From NCBI GenBank assembly GCA_963664705.1, contig OY761556.1, positions 5,536,001 through 5,600,000 of the forward strand: 64,000 nucleotides of DNA, in the 5' to 3' direction. The notes under the pieces are model-generated. The model was not told the origin of the DNA. It saw nothing but the letters and a program-made list of their open reading frames with translations, and did no database searches. Positions 1-10,472 of the stretch are shown here, piece by piece. This stretch comes from Acidobacteriota bacterium. Lineage in GTDB: Bacteria; Acidobacteriota; UBA6911. A program made the translations under genes and the position numbers. Within the stretch, counting starts at the first letter, position 1; every line of letters begins with the position of its first letter.

Positions 1-1013
1 TATCGGGCAAAATCTGTGTCGCTCAACGGACTCAGCGCACTAAAATCTGCCATTATGTAATAAGCGCCATATGGAGTGGAACAGCTAAATCCCGCAGCCG
101 TCAGTGCGCTCATCATGAGGTCTCGCTTGCTTTGATATCCTGCCGCCAATGCAGTGTAGTATTCCAGCGGTAGAGACAGCGCCTTCGCTCCCGCTTCCTG
201 AAGTGGGGCCGGAGCGCCTACCGTTAGGAAATCGTGTACCTTGCGAATCCCCTGGGTGAGCAGCGGCGAAGCAATCACGTAACCGACTCGCCATCCGGTA
301 ACGCTATAGGTTTTGCTCAAAGCATTGATGGTAATTGTACGGTCGCGCATTCCGTCAATGGTTACCATAGGCGTATGGATGCGGCCGTCATAAACGATAT
401 GTTCGTAGATCTCGTCCGTTATGGCGAGGACATCCCACTTATGACAAAGGCTGGCAATGTCCTGCAACTCCTGGCGAGTGAAAACCTTTCCCGTGGGGTT
501 GTTCGGCGTGTTGATGATGATGGCACGTGTGCGGGAATTGAAGGCGCGTTCAAGTTCTTCTAGATCAAACGTCCAGTCCGGGGGGCGCAGCGGTACAAAA
601 CGGGGAATTGCGCCTGAAAGCGTCGTGTCCGGCCCATAGTTTTCATAAAACGGTTCAAAGATGACTACCTCATCTCCCGGGTTTACTACCGCCAGGAGAG
701 TGGCGATCATGGCTTCTGTTGAGCCGCAGGTAACCGTAATTTCCCGCTCCGGATCTACCTCCAGTCCCATGAGATCGTGGGCTTTGGCCGCAATAGCGTT
801 GCGGAACGATTTTGCGCCCCAGGTAATGGCGTACTGGTTGATGTCCGCCATGATTGCCTGACATGCGGCTTCTTTGATTTCTCTGGGAGCTTCAAAGTCA
901 GGAAACCCCTGGGCCAGGTTGACCGCTCCATTGATCAGGGCAAGGCGCGTCATTTCACGGATTACAGATTCAGTAAAGCGTTCCGCTTTATGCGAAAGTG
1001 CAGGTTTCGTCAT
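1..1013 (-). CDS. PLP-dependent aminotransferase class I/II (3' end runs off window)
   Basis: Not in the ORF track because it is open at the edge. Manual translation from ATG at 1013: MTKPALSHKAERFTESVIREMTRLALINGAVNLAQGFPDF...TCGSTEAM...NTPNNPTGKVF...TDEIYEHI...LSKTYSVTGWRVG (PLP-lysine motif). Confidence 0.9.
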   Translation of the reverse strand, partial: MTKPALSHKAERFTESVIREMTRLALINGAVNLAQGFPDFEAPREIKEAACQAIMADINQYAITWGAKSFRNAIAAKAHDLMGLEVDPEREITVTCGSTEAMIATLLAVVNPGDEVVIFEPFYENYGPDTTLSGAIPRFVPLRPPDWTFDLEELERAFNSRTRAIIINTPNNPTGKVFTRQELQDIASLCHKWDVLAITDEIYEHIVYDGRIHTPMVTIDGMRDRTITINALSKTYSVTGWRVGYVIASPLLTQGIRKVHDFLTVGAPAPLQEAGAKALSLPLEYYTALAAGYQSKRDLMMSALTAAGFSCSTPYGAYYIMADFSALSPLSDTDFAR

Positions 1014-1021
1014 GGTGTCTC

Positions 1022-3250
1022 TCAACGCGCCGCAGGTGCAGAGGACGAGGTCAGAAGATCGTAGTGAACCTTGTTGCTCAAAACCTGCTTTACATATCCT
1101 CTCGTTTCGGCAAAAGGAATTTGTTCGACGAATTCCGCCATGTCGATGTTCCCAAATTCCTGAAGCCAGCGTACCACACGAGAGTCTCCCGCATTATATG
1201 CCGCAAGTGCAAGCTCTGCTTTTCCATATTGCTGCAGGATTGAAGCAAAGAAACGAGTTCCAAGGATAATGTTTGTTTCCGCCTGGTACAACTTTTTAGC
1301 ATTATACCGAGTGATTTTCGCCTGCCTGGCTAATTTTTTGCCCGTTGAAGGGAGTACCTGCATCAGCCCGCGTGCGTTCGCTTTGGACTTGGCGTTTTCT
1401 TCGAATGCCGATTCCTGGCGAATCAGCCCCAGTACCAGGTTCGGGTCAATTTTCAGCCTGGAAGCCTGCTCCGAGATGGTCCCCCAGTGGCGCACCGGGA
1501 AGAGCACATCCCATACCTCCGAGGGGAGGGTATCGATGGGATAGTTGTTGTAATCAGGGAAAGCTCTTTTTAAAGACGCTATGGATGAATCGTAGTCGCG
1601 CTTGCTTACATAAATTCTTGCCATCGCGTAACTTAGAGCATCATCGGACCCGGGATGCTGGTTCCTTCCCCAACGCAGTTCCGCCAGAGCCAGATCCACA
1701 TAACCCGCTGATACCAGCTGGCGGGCGCGGGTAATAACGCGCAACGTTGCGGCATCCGGGTCTCCGAATCCCATGGAAGGAAGCCGAATCGCGTCACATC
1801 GGGCAGCCATCTGATTGGCATCAATGCCAGGAATGGCCATAGGTCCTTTGTCTGCAGTCTTTTCCAGCGAGATCGCTGCTTCGCGTGCGCGCTGCCCATA
1901 ATAGCCTTCATTGACTAGTGCGCGCGTCCGCTGATACAGATACTTTGCGCTCTCCACGTCTCCCATTTTCTGGTAGCAGCGTCCCAGCCAATACATAGCG
2001 GCGCCGCTCGAAGAGGGATTGGAATAAGCCAGAAGATATTTCCAGAATCCCAGCGCAGCTTCGTCGTATTTTTTCTCAAAATAGGGATATAGCGCCAGTT
2101 TCCAGAGGGCACGCTCGGCGTACTTGCCTTTTGGGAAAGAGGCATACAGAAGCGAATAAGCTTCGCGCGCGCTTGCCGGATCATAACTAACGTCATAATG
2201 GGTTGCTACGGAGTAACAAAGCTCCTCCGCCTCCGCGGATCGCGGATACAGCTTGAGGATTCTGTCTCGAAGAGCGATAAACTCCTGTTCGCGCTCCGTC
2301 TTACGCAGACAAACCCCTTCAAGATAGAGTGCCTTTGCATGCAGCGCTGAATCCGCGGGTGTCACCTTGCGAAAATAGGGCACAGCTGCGGAAGCTTTTC
2401 CCAGATGATATTCCACCTGCCCAAATAACAGGCTGCGCTTTTCGGAAAGCACCGCCGTCGGTGCGGAGATCTTGCCCAGTGCAAGAAGCACAAGGCGGGC
2501 CGTACGATAATCCGCTGTACCGATAAGACTTTCCGCCCTCTGAAGACGAGCGGCATAGTTGCGCGAGCCTTTGAGCGCGCCCGGGGATGTGGCCGCAAAA
2601 TACTGTTCGGCAAACGGAGAATATTTGGAAGTGGGGTATTTTGAATAAATCTTGAGGAAAAGATCGGCGGCCCGATCTTTTTCTCCGGCCATGTCCGAAG
2701 CCTTTGCTTCGTAATAGGTTGTTTCCGGGGTGGAACCGACCTTGGCATTTCCGAGAATTGTCAGCACCGCCTTTGGCTGATTCAAGGCCAGATGAATCTG
2801 ACACTGCGCCAGCAAGCCATCCCGAATCAGGGGTGAGTCGGGGTAACGGGTTTCGAGTCTCTGGAAGTCGGCAAGCGCCTCGCTCTTTTTATCCAGCATC
2901 AGGTTCGATTTTGCTCGATAAAAAAGCATGTAGTCGCCCAGGGCAGTTTTTGCCGCCTGGTCTTCGCTGAACAATTCCAAGGCGGCCGCATATCGCTCCG
3001 CGAAATATGCATCCAATCCCTTTTTTAGCGATTTCAGCGGCTCCGTCGGCACAAACGAATCCACCCGCTCCCATTCCTGCAGCGAGAAGGGAAGCCGTGC
3101 CTGACTTCCTCCGGAACCTCCGGCAAAGGTATCGATTGTAAGGGATGGGATGCAAACAGCAACCAGGCAAACGCAGGCTATAGCTATCCGCAACAGGACA
3201 TACAGCCTTTGAAGGCGGGGGCGTCCAGGTACTCTCAATCTATCTTGCAC
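1022..3250 (-). CDS. Soluble lytic transglycosylase (SLT domain) with TPR repeats
   Basis: C-terminal IRQESAF, ARGLMQV, LAAYNAG and ETRGYVK motifs; TPR-like helical N-terminal part; signal peptide. Confidence 0.9.
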   Translation of the reverse strand: MQDRLRVPGRPRLQRLYVLLRIAIACVCLVAVCIPSLTIDTFAGGSGGSQARLPFSLQEWERVDSFVPTEPLKSLKKGLDAYFAERYAAALELFSEDQAAKTALGDYMLFYRAKSNLMLDKKSEALADFQRLETRYPDSPLIRDGLLAQCQIHLALNQPKAVLTILGNAKVGSTPETTYYEAKASDMAGEKDRAADLFLKIYSKYPTSKYSPFAEQYFAATSPGALKGSRNYAARLQRAESLIGTADYRTARLVLLALGKISAPTAVLSEKRSLLFGQVEYHLGKASAAVPYFRKVTPADSALHAKALYLEGVCLRKTEREQEFIALRDRILKLYPRSAEAEELCYSVATHYDVSYDPASAREAYSLLYASFPKGKYAERALWKLALYPYFEKKYDEAALGFWKYLLAYSNPSSSGAAMYWLGRCYQKMGDVESAKYLYQRTRALVNEGYYGQRAREAAISLEKTADKGPMAIPGIDANQMAARCDAIRLPSMGFGDPDAATLRVITRARQLVSAGYVDLALAELRWGRNQHPGSDDALSYAMARIYVSKRDYDSSIASLKRAFPDYNNYPIDTLPSEVWDVLFPVRHWGTISEQASRLKIDPNLVLGLIRQESAFEENAKSKANARGLMQVLPSTGKKLARQAKITRYNAKKLYQAETNIILGTRFFASILQQYGKAELALAAYNAGDSRVVRWLQEFGNIDMAEFVEQIPFAETRGYVKQVLSNKVHYDLLTSSSAPAAR

Positions 3251-3276
3251 TTCTATTTTCAGCTTTCGATTACTTC

Positions 3277-4584
3277 TCAGCTTTCTACCCGGGGACCCGG
3301 ATAGTCACTCCCGAGAGTGGAAGGATCATTGTCCCCCAGGATTCGGATGATCTCGTCGTGGAAATAATCGATTTTCCGAGAGACATTCGGTGAGACTCTC
3401 TTTTCGTACATTTCACGACTGCGATCGATGTCCCTCTTCAACCTGAGGTAGAGGTCCCGGTTTTCCCGGCCCTCGACAACGTGATGCTCGTTATACAGCT
3501 TGATTTCAGAGACGAGCAGCCTTGCGAAACGCTTGGCTTCGCTATGCAGCTTTTCTTCTTCAGGAAGCGGCCTGGTCTCCTGTGACGGGATTTTCGGAGG
3601 GGCCGGTTCCAGAATGGGTGGTGCGGGTTCTGCTTGATCGACCGGGGGAGCGAATGAAATGTCCTCCGGCGTCGGCATCGCGGCTTCCGCCGCGCGCGCC
3701 AACTTCTGGAATGCCTCAAGATCAAACACGGGTGGCTCCGCTTGTTCAATCGGCTCCACCGGGGCGTCCGCCGGCTGTGCTGCTGCCGACATAGCGGCTG
3801 GCGCAGAGACCTCCGCAAGCGCCGGCTCCGCATCATCAGACAGGCCGGTCTCTCTTCTTGCGGCGGTCAATTCATATAGAATTCTGAGCGAAACGTTTTC
3901 CAGGCGCAGAACCGCAAGCTCCGCTAGAACCGAGACAGCATCCGATCTATCATATCTGCCCGCAGTTTCCGCGGCTCCTCCGGCTATCAGGAGGGCAACC
4001 GGCCGGTCCAAAACCTGCAAAGGGACCAGTCTGTAATTTCCCGGCGTTCCATTCTGCATAAACTGCAGCGGGCCACAAGCCTCCGCCAAATCAGAGCAGG
4101 CAGCCGGGGTATTTCCCTCGAGTATTTCTTCAAATTTCGGGCAATCGGATCGCTGGAATTCGCATGAACTGATGGACTGGGCCAGCGACTCTGAATAACC
4201 GCGAGAAGACCAGCCGATATACCGGCTGCCTCTAACCGCGAAAAGCGCTGCGACAGGGAAAAACTGCTGCACCGAATCCAGCAGGAGTGCCAGGATTTCC
4301 TCCTGGGTTTCCTTCCGCCGTACACTTTGGGCAAACAGTGCCAGTGCGTTGGTGTTGAGATCTGTTTCCCGGGTCACATCGCCGAGAATCTCGGTTAAAA
4401 CTACCTCGGTAGTCGGCAGCTCGATATGGCTCAAAGTATCGAGCTTCTGCCCGATCTTTTGCATGCCTGTTGAAAGGGAGTTACTGACGTTCTGCAGTTC
4501 CTTTTCGAGATCCCGGATCTGCGGTAAGAGCGTCCGGTAAGCTTGTTCGCGAAGCCTTTCGGCACAATCTTGCGCGGAGGGCAT
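3277..4584 (-). CDS. Hypothetical protein: coiled coil + GAF-like region + Pro/Ala linker + conserved C-terminal helical domain
   Basis: 435-aa ORF with an SD-like GGAG; C-terminal LHSEAKRFARLLVSEIKLYN segment resembles a recurring uncharacterised signalling-associated domain. Confidence 0.75.
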   Translation of the reverse strand: MPSAQDCAERLREQAYRTLLPQIRDLEKELQNVSNSLSTGMQKIGQKLDTLSHIELPTTEVVLTEILGDVTRETDLNTNALALFAQSVRRKETQEEILALLLDSVQQFFPVAALFAVRGSRYIGWSSRGYSESLAQSISSCEFQRSDCPKFEEILEGNTPAACSDLAEACGPLQFMQNGTPGNYRLVPLQVLDRPVALLIAGGAAETAGRYDRSDAVSVLAELAVLRLENVSLRILYELTAARRETGLSDDAEPALAEVSAPAAMSAAAQPADAPVEPIEQAEPPVFDLEAFQKLARAAEAAMPTPEDISFAPPVDQAEPAPPILEPAPPKIPSQETRPLPEEEKLHSEAKRFARLLVSEIKLYNEHHVVEGRENRDLYLRLKRDIDRSREMYEKRVSPNVSRKIDYFHDEIIRILGDNDPSTLGSDYPGPRVES

Positions 4585-5166
4585 GGATGCTCCTAATCAC
4601 CAAAAATTTGTGATTGAAGACTACCGAAAGCTCCTGGGGGTGTCAATTCCAATTTGCTTCCGGTAATGATGCGTTGCACCTGAAAAATCAATTGTTTCGT
4701 AAACGAGTCAAGGCAGGCCGGGGTCCTGTTTTGGACGGTTGGAAGGGTAGTGTCCGCTACCATTCCAACCGTCCTCGAAGGAGGTGTTGTCTGTCAGGGT
4801 AATGGCTATCTATACAGACGGAACCTGACTTGAAAAAGTTGCCTTTTTTTAAAGAACTAATTTGAGGGCACGTTTGGTGCTCCGGCGCCCAAGCGCACTG
4901 GAGCGCGACAAAACGCGACCGCATCCCAACAAACACTATCAATGCATAACTTATCTCGGCCTTTCAGGAGAATTTGATTGTGTCGGTCATCACAATGTTG
5001 CGGCAGGGCATGCCGGACTCCTGGTAACGTCTTTGGCACACTAATTTTAGCAAACGGAGTCTACTCCTGATAAAATCGATGGATGCAGGGATAGGCAGCC
5101 GGAACTTCGACCGGTTGCGATGAAGATACCTGCCTTGGCCAAGACACGATCACGAAAGAAGAACGA

Positions 5167-5796
5167 ATGTATCCAAAGTTTTCCGGCTTTGCCTGTACCG
5201 CACTCACGTTACTTCTCCTTTTCATTTCTGGGTGCTCGGAACCCCAGCCCTCCGGCCACGTCCAACCACAACCTGCGGACCCTGTTGTTCAGGAACGCGT
5301 GCAAAAGGACGCTCAGTTCCGGGCGGAAAACTCTCCGCTGGTTGAACAGGAAAGAGCGGGATTTCGTGGCCTTTCCTATTATCCGGTCGATCCGGCATTG
5401 AAGTTTTCCGTGCGGTTGAATCGCTATCCGGCACCGGCCAGTGTTCGGCTGGGGACAAATACGGGAGAAATCCGAAGCGGATTGCGATACGGGTATTTCG
5501 AATTTCAGGTCGAAGGCCGCGTCTGCCGATTGCAGGTATACAGGCTGGAAGACAATCCCGATGACGGCGGCGCACAACTGTTCATCCCATTCAGGGACGC
5601 AACATCGGGCAAAGAAACCTATGCGGCCGGACGATACATCGATTTGAAGGAAAATACCTCCGGTACATACACGCTGGATTTCAACCGGGCTTATAATCCA
5701 TTCTGTGCCTATAACACCAAGTACAGCTGCCCCGTCCCTCCTCCCGAAAATACGCTTCCGGTGCCGATCCGGGCGGGGGAAAAGAGATACCATTAG
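5167..5796 (+). CDS. DUF1684 family lipoprotein
   Basis: FIPFRDATSGKETYAAGRY and LDFNRAYNPFCAYN..YSCP motifs; lipobox ISGC. Confidence 0.9.
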   Translation: MYPKFSGFACTALTLLLLFISGCSEPQPSGHVQPQPADPVVQERVQKDAQFRAENSPLVEQERAGFRGLSYYPVDPALKFSVRLNRYPAPASVRLGTNTGEIRSGLRYGYFEFQVEGRVCRLQVYRLEDNPDDGGAQLFIPFRDATSGKETYAAGRYIDLKENTSGTYTLDFNRAYNPFCAYNTKYSCPVPPPENTLPVPIRAGEKRYH

Positions 5797-5950
5797 GCAC
5801 GGAACAACTCTATGGGGAGTCCCCGGTACCACCGGTTCCTTTAAGAAAGGCAGCGATCGGCTAACTGTCTCCATAAAGGGACACTGGAGGCTGCTTTCTT
5901 TTTAGGATATTATTTTTCCTCACTTCGATGGCAAGGTAAAAAGAGGAAAT

Positions 5951-6421
5951 ATGGCGACGATTTCTGCAGAACTGAAGCAATTGCTGGCCCGCACGAACAT
6001 GACTGTTCTTCCCGAAGATTACGTAATTGTTTATTTGCCCATTGGAGTTAAGGCAATTCCAGGAGAATGGTTTCGTCCCTCGACGACACGCTTCGCTGCG
6101 GTTATTCAAGAACCCAAACTGATCACCATGGTGGTTCCCAGGCAGAAGTGGATGAGAATGCAGAACATGTTTGAAAAGTTCGATCTGAACGGCCCCTATA
6201 AGGTCATCAGCTTCGACGTGAAGCTCTCGCTTGTGGCCAGCGGCTACATGGCCGCCATCGGATCCGTTCTCAGAGAGTCGAAGATCAGCGCCTTGCCGAT
6301 CTCTTCCTTCAAACATGATCACATCATCGTTCCGAAGGCCGAGCTGCCGCGCGCCGTCAAGGTCCTGAGAAGTTTCCTGGACAGCTGCAAGGTCAAAAAT
6401 GCTTCACGCGCGAAGAAATAA
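5951..6421 (+). CDS. ACT domain-containing protein
   Basis: 156 aa; ASGYMAAIGSVL...ISALPISSFKHDHIIVP is ACT_7-like; SD GAGG. Confidence 0.75.
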   Translation: MATISAELKQLLARTNMTVLPEDYVIVYLPIGVKAIPGEWFRPSTTRFAAVIQEPKLITMVVPRQKWMRMQNMFEKFDLNGPYKVISFDVKLSLVASGYMAAIGSVLRESKISALPISSFKHDHIIVPKAELPRAVKVLRSFLDSCKVKNASRAKK

Positions 6422-6462
6422 TGCAGCCGTGTTTGAGAAACACACGGGGTTGATCGCTCGTG

Positions 6463-7266
6463 TCATTTTGCGGATGATTTGTCCCATCGCTGAATGAAGT
6501 CCAGGAGGAAGTTCTCCGAGCCCGCCCCGGAAGCCCGCTGCCCCAGATCCTCCCTTGTTGCGGCAACAGCCGCTTCATAGGCGGTTTTGTCCATCTTGCC
6601 ACGCAACAGTTCAACCCGCAGGAACAGCAGAAATGTCTGCAGCACATCCGTCATGCAGTATTGATTGACTTCTTTCTGGCGTCCCTGGCGGAAAAGATAT
6701 TCTACATCGTCTCCGGCGATGGAATATTTGCCCGGCAGGCCGGTCAGCTTTGCCCAGAGATTCAGGGAATTTCTGGCGTACGCTCCGAAATTTGACAGGT
6801 AATCGCACAGGTCAATGTGAAAGGTATCATTGTACCGGTTGCCACGATACGTGCTCCGGCTTTCGCCGGCAGCAAAGTAGTGCGGCAGGGACATGCCATG
6901 CTTCAAAGCCCGGCTTTCGAGAACCGGCAAATCAAATGTGCGTCCGTTAAAAGTCACCAGCGTGCGGCAGTGCTCGAATGTTTCCCAGAATTTCGAAACC
7001 ATCTCCGCTTCGGAAAACCGGTCAGCCCCGAAACATCCCAGCGACTTGATCCGGTATTTGTCGTCGGCATGCAGTGTGGAAATCGCAATTGGAATATGGA
7101 ACGGGATCGGGAAGAAGTCACTCTGCTGCCCGCTTCGCTCCAAGATCTGGTCCCGGGCTGCGTCGTAAGCCTGATCCAGCGTCTGATTGTCTTCAGGATC
7201 GTAAACTTGCTTTACCAATTCCTTGTCGACGATGGTTTCGATGTCAAACACCAGGTAGTTGGTCAT
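6463..7266 (-). CDS. Predicted PolB-type 3'-5' exonuclease (DEDDy)
   Basis: VFDIET, TFNGRTFDLP, HIDL and YCMTDV motifs. Confidence 0.88.
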   Translation of the reverse strand: MTNYLVFDIETIVDKELVKQVYDPEDNQTLDQAYDAARDQILERSGQQSDFFPIPFHIPIAISTLHADDKYRIKSLGCFGADRFSEAEMVSKFWETFEHCRTLVTFNGRTFDLPVLESRALKHGMSLPHYFAAGESRSTYRGNRYNDTFHIDLCDYLSNFGAYARNSLNLWAKLTGLPGKYSIAGDDVEYLFRQGRQKEVNQYCMTDVLQTFLLFLRVELLRGKMDKTAYEAAVAATREDLGQRASGAGSENFLLDFIQRWDKSSAK

Positions 7267-7401
7267 CAGTTCTTCCCGCTGCGCGCGCTTTTTGGAAATC
7301 CATTTTGACCGAGGTTTCCCGCCAATGTCAAACAGCGCTTTTCTTTCCTATTATTCTATATTCCCCTAAACCCCTAAGACCCTAATATTTATGGGGTTTT
7401 T

Positions 7402-7449
7402 GCGCTAGATATTGTGGTAATGGGCATTCGGGACTACAATATGTAGTTA
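7402..7449 (+). promoter_or_regulatory. Tandem NrdR boxes
   Basis: gcgCTAGATATTGtgg (7402-7417) and ctaCAATATGTAGtta (7434-7449) match the NrdR consensus acaCwAtATaTwGtg, lie 32 bp apart and sit upstream of an RNR gene. Confidence 0.8.
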
Positions 7450-7456
7450 TATTTAC

Positions 7457-7485
7457 TTGACAGTCCTGCGCGGTTCGTGTAAAAA
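7457..7485 (+). promoter_or_regulatory. Putative sigma70 promoter of nrdJ
   Basis: TTGACA-17 bp-TAAAAA just downstream of the second NrdR box. Confidence 0.5.
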
Positions 7486-7572
7486 CCCGACATCCGCATT
7501 TTAGGACAACTTAGCCCTATTGAGATCTTTTATCACAATAGTTTCTCGGTTAGCAGTAGGAGGCATTCTCTC

Positions 7573-10311
7573 ATGAGCAGTAATAAATCGTTGCCAATGG
7601 AAAGTGTTGCTTCGGTGGCTTTAGCAGCAGAACGGCCCAATGGCGGTGGCGGGTTGGAATTTGCACGCCAGTTTACGAGGGAAGGTTGCAGTCCCTACGA
7701 AGAGATTGAGTGGGAAATCCGTTCGGCTTCCATCACCAATGAAAAAGGGGAATCTATCTTTCGGCAGGATGGGGTAGAGATTCCCAAGGCCTGGTCGCAG
7801 ACCGCGGCGAACATCGTGGTTTCAAAATACTTTCATGGGCAGGTTGGCACTCCGCAGAGAGAACGGAGTGTACGGCAGCTGGTGGAACGCGTGGTTCGTA
7901 CCATGACGGAGTGGGGCCTTCGAGGCGGCTATTTCGCCACGGCTGCGGATGCCGCAACGTTTCATGACGAGCTGGCATTTCTGCTGCTGAATCAATATGC
8001 CTCGTTTAACTCGCCGGTATGGTTCAACTGCGGAATTGAGGCGAATCCGCAGTGCTCTGCGTGCTTCATCAACTCCGTTGAAGATACGATGGATTCCATT
8101 CTGAGCCTTGCGGCCACCGAGGGGCGGCTATTCAAGTACGGCTCGGGCACCGGCACCAATTTTTCCTCTCTTCGATCTTCCCGTGCGAAGCTCTCCGGTG
8201 GGGGCATTGCTTCCGGTCCGGTCAGCTTTATGAAGGGCTTTGATGCCTTTGCCGGAGTGATCAAGAGTGGTGGCAAGACGCGGCGCGCGGCCAAGATGGT
8301 GATTCTGAATATCGACCACCCGGATATTGTTGAGTTTATCGAATGCAAGGCCAAAGAAGAGAAAAAGGCCTGGACGCTGATGGAGGCGGGCTACGATGGC
8401 TCCGTTGATGGCGAAGCTTATGGGAGCATCTTCTTCCAGAATGCAAACAACAGCGTACGCGTTAACGATGAATTCATGAAGGCGGTCGAGCAGGATGGAA
8501 TCTGGGCCATCAAGGAACGGCCGAACTATGAAATCACTGGGACTTATCAAGCCAAAGAGCTGATGCGGAAGATCGCCGAATCGTGCCATACGTGCGGCGA
8601 CCCCGGGATGCAGTATGATTCGACGATCAACCGCTGGCATACATGCAAGAACACGGCGCGGATCAATGCGTCGAATCCCTGCTCCGAATACATGTTCCTT
8701 GATGATTCGGCCTGCAACCTGGCTTCCTTCAACCTCCTGAAATTTGCGGATGTCCAGGGGAATTTTGATGTTGCTGCTTTCCGGAAGGCCGTGGACATCA
8801 TGATTACCGCCCAGGAAATCATCATCGACAATGCGAGCTATCCGACCGAAAAGATCGGGCAGAACAGCCGCGATTACCGCACGCTGGGCCTTGGATACGC
8901 CAACCTGGGTGCCTTGTTGATGTACAACGGATTGCCCTACGACAGTGATCCGGGCAGGGATTTCGCCGCCGCGATTACCGCCGTCATGACTGGTGAAGCG
9001 TATCTGCAGTCGGCGCGCATTGCGGCCAAGCAGGGCGCCTTCGTGGGATATGCCTCGAACCGCGAGCCGTTCCTGGAAGTCATGCGGATGCACCGGTCGG
9101 CGCTGCAGAACATCAACGGAAACAACGTCCCGTCGGATCTGATGCGGGCCGCCCAGGAATGCTGGGACCTCGTTGTGCTTGAAGGGACCGTCCATGGTTT
9201 CCGCAACGCGCAGACCACGGTGCTTGCGCCCACTGGCACGATCGGGTTCATGATGGATTGCGACACTACAGGGGTTGAGCCGGATCTTGCGCTCGTGAAG
9301 TTCAAGAAGCTGGTCGGCGGCGGCATGATGAAAATCGTCAATAACACCGTTCCGTCAGCCCTCGCAAAGCTGGGATACAACGACCAGGAAGTTCCTGCGA
9401 TCATGAAGTTCATCGATGAAAACGGCACCATTGAAGGAGCGCCCTGGGTAAAGGCCGAGCATCTGCCCGCGTTTGACTGTGCTTTCAAACCGCAGCGTGG
9501 GACACGGTCCATCCACTACATGGGCCATATCAAGATGATGAGCGCCGTGCAACCGTTCATTTCCGGCGCCATATCCAAAACTGTAAACGTACCCGAAAAC
9601 ATCTCGGTTGAAGAGATTACCGACCTGTACATGCAGGCCTGGAGAATGGGCGTCAAAGCAATTGCCATTTATCGCGACAATTCGAAAAAGACGCAGCCTT
9701 TAAACCTGGTGCAGGATACAAAAGCCAAAGACGCCAAAAAACAGGAGAAGACTCCGGGCTTCAAACCCGTACGTCGAAAACTCCCGGCCGAACGAAGGGC
9801 TATGACGCACAAGTTCAGCATTGCGGGGCATGAAGGTTACATCACCGTGGGTATGTACGATGATGGTCAGCCCGGCGAAATTTTCCTGGTCATGGCTAAA
9901 GAGGGAAGTGCGATTTCGGGATTGATGGATTCGTTTGCCACCGCCATTTCACTGGCGTTGCAGTACGGCGTGCCTTTGCGCGTGCTGATCGATAAGTTCT
10001 CGCATGTCCGATTTGAGCCTTCCGGACATACCGGCAACGCAGCGGTGCCTTTTGCAAAATCGATCGTCGACTATATATTCCGGTGGCTGGCCTCCAAGTT
10101 CCTCCCGATCGATGAACAGTTCCAGGCCGGTGTCCATGTTGAAAATGTGGAGGCGAAGGAGCCCGATGCAAGCCCGGCTCCCTTAAATGATTTCAAATCG
10201 ATGTATGCTTTAGATGATGCTCCGACTTGTGCCGGATGCGGGAGCATCATGGTTCGTAATGGTTCCTGCTATAAGTGCATGAACTGCGGCGAAACCAGCG
10301 GTTGCTCATAA
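7573..10311 (+). CDS. nrdJ: Vitamin B12-dependent (class II) ribonucleotide reductase with C-terminal TSCPD/Zn-ribbon
   Basis: QCSACFI, NPCSE radical motif, APTGTI, GAISKTVN, C-terminal CxxC...CxxC; SD AGGAGG. Confidence 0.95.
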   Translation: MSSNKSLPMESVASVALAAERPNGGGGLEFARQFTREGCSPYEEIEWEIRSASITNEKGESIFRQDGVEIPKAWSQTAANIVVSKYFHGQVGTPQRERSVRQLVERVVRTMTEWGLRGGYFATAADAATFHDELAFLLLNQYASFNSPVWFNCGIEANPQCSACFINSVEDTMDSILSLAATEGRLFKYGSGTGTNFSSLRSSRAKLSGGGIASGPVSFMKGFDAFAGVIKSGGKTRRAAKMVILNIDHPDIVEFIECKAKEEKKAWTLMEAGYDGSVDGEAYGSIFFQNANNSVRVNDEFMKAVEQDGIWAIKERPNYEITGTYQAKELMRKIAESCHTCGDPGMQYDSTINRWHTCKNTARINASNPCSEYMFLDDSACNLASFNLLKFADVQGNFDVAAFRKAVDIMITAQEIIIDNASYPTEKIGQNSRDYRTLGLGYANLGALLMYNGLPYDSDPGRDFAAAITAVMTGEAYLQSARIAAKQGAFVGYASNREPFLEVMRMHRSALQNINGNNVPSDLMRAAQECWDLVVLEGTVHGFRNAQTTVLAPTGTIGFMMDCDTTGVEPDLALVKFKKLVGGGMMKIVNNTVPSALAKLGYNDQEVPAIMKFIDENGTIEGAPWVKAEHLPAFDCAFKPQRGTRSIHYMGHIKMMSAVQPFISGAISKTVNVPENISVEEITDLYMQAWRMGVKAIAIYRDNSKKTQPLNLVQDTKAKDAKKQEKTPGFKPVRRKLPAERRAMTHKFSIAGHEGYITVGMYDDGQPGEIFLVMAKEGSAISGLMDSFATAISLALQYGVPLRVLIDKFSHVRFEPSGHTGNAAVPFAKSIVDYIFRWLASKFLPIDEQFQAGVHVENVEAKEPDASPAPLNDFKSMYALDDAPTCAGCGSIMVRNGSCYKCMNCGETSGCS

Positions 10312-10472
10312 AGGTGGGAGCCAGAAGTCAGGAGTCGGGAAAAGTTGAGCCTAACCTTTTTACTCAGTGTTCCCGATTATCTGTATTGGTATTATGAATG
10401 TAGTCTGAATGCTGGAGGCGGCGTTGATCGGTTGCTTCTGACTCTGACTCCTGATTTCTGACTTCTGCCTTT

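Noticed and set aside
7267-7572. Cobalamin riboswitch before nrdJ
   Set aside because: No B12-box is recognisable; the region is explained by NrdR boxes and a promoter.
10319-10468. AGTCAG/CTGACT short-repeat tract between nrdJ and malQ
   Set aside because: A low-complexity REP-like inverted tract of a common intergenic type; nothing suggests more than a terminator or repeat role.
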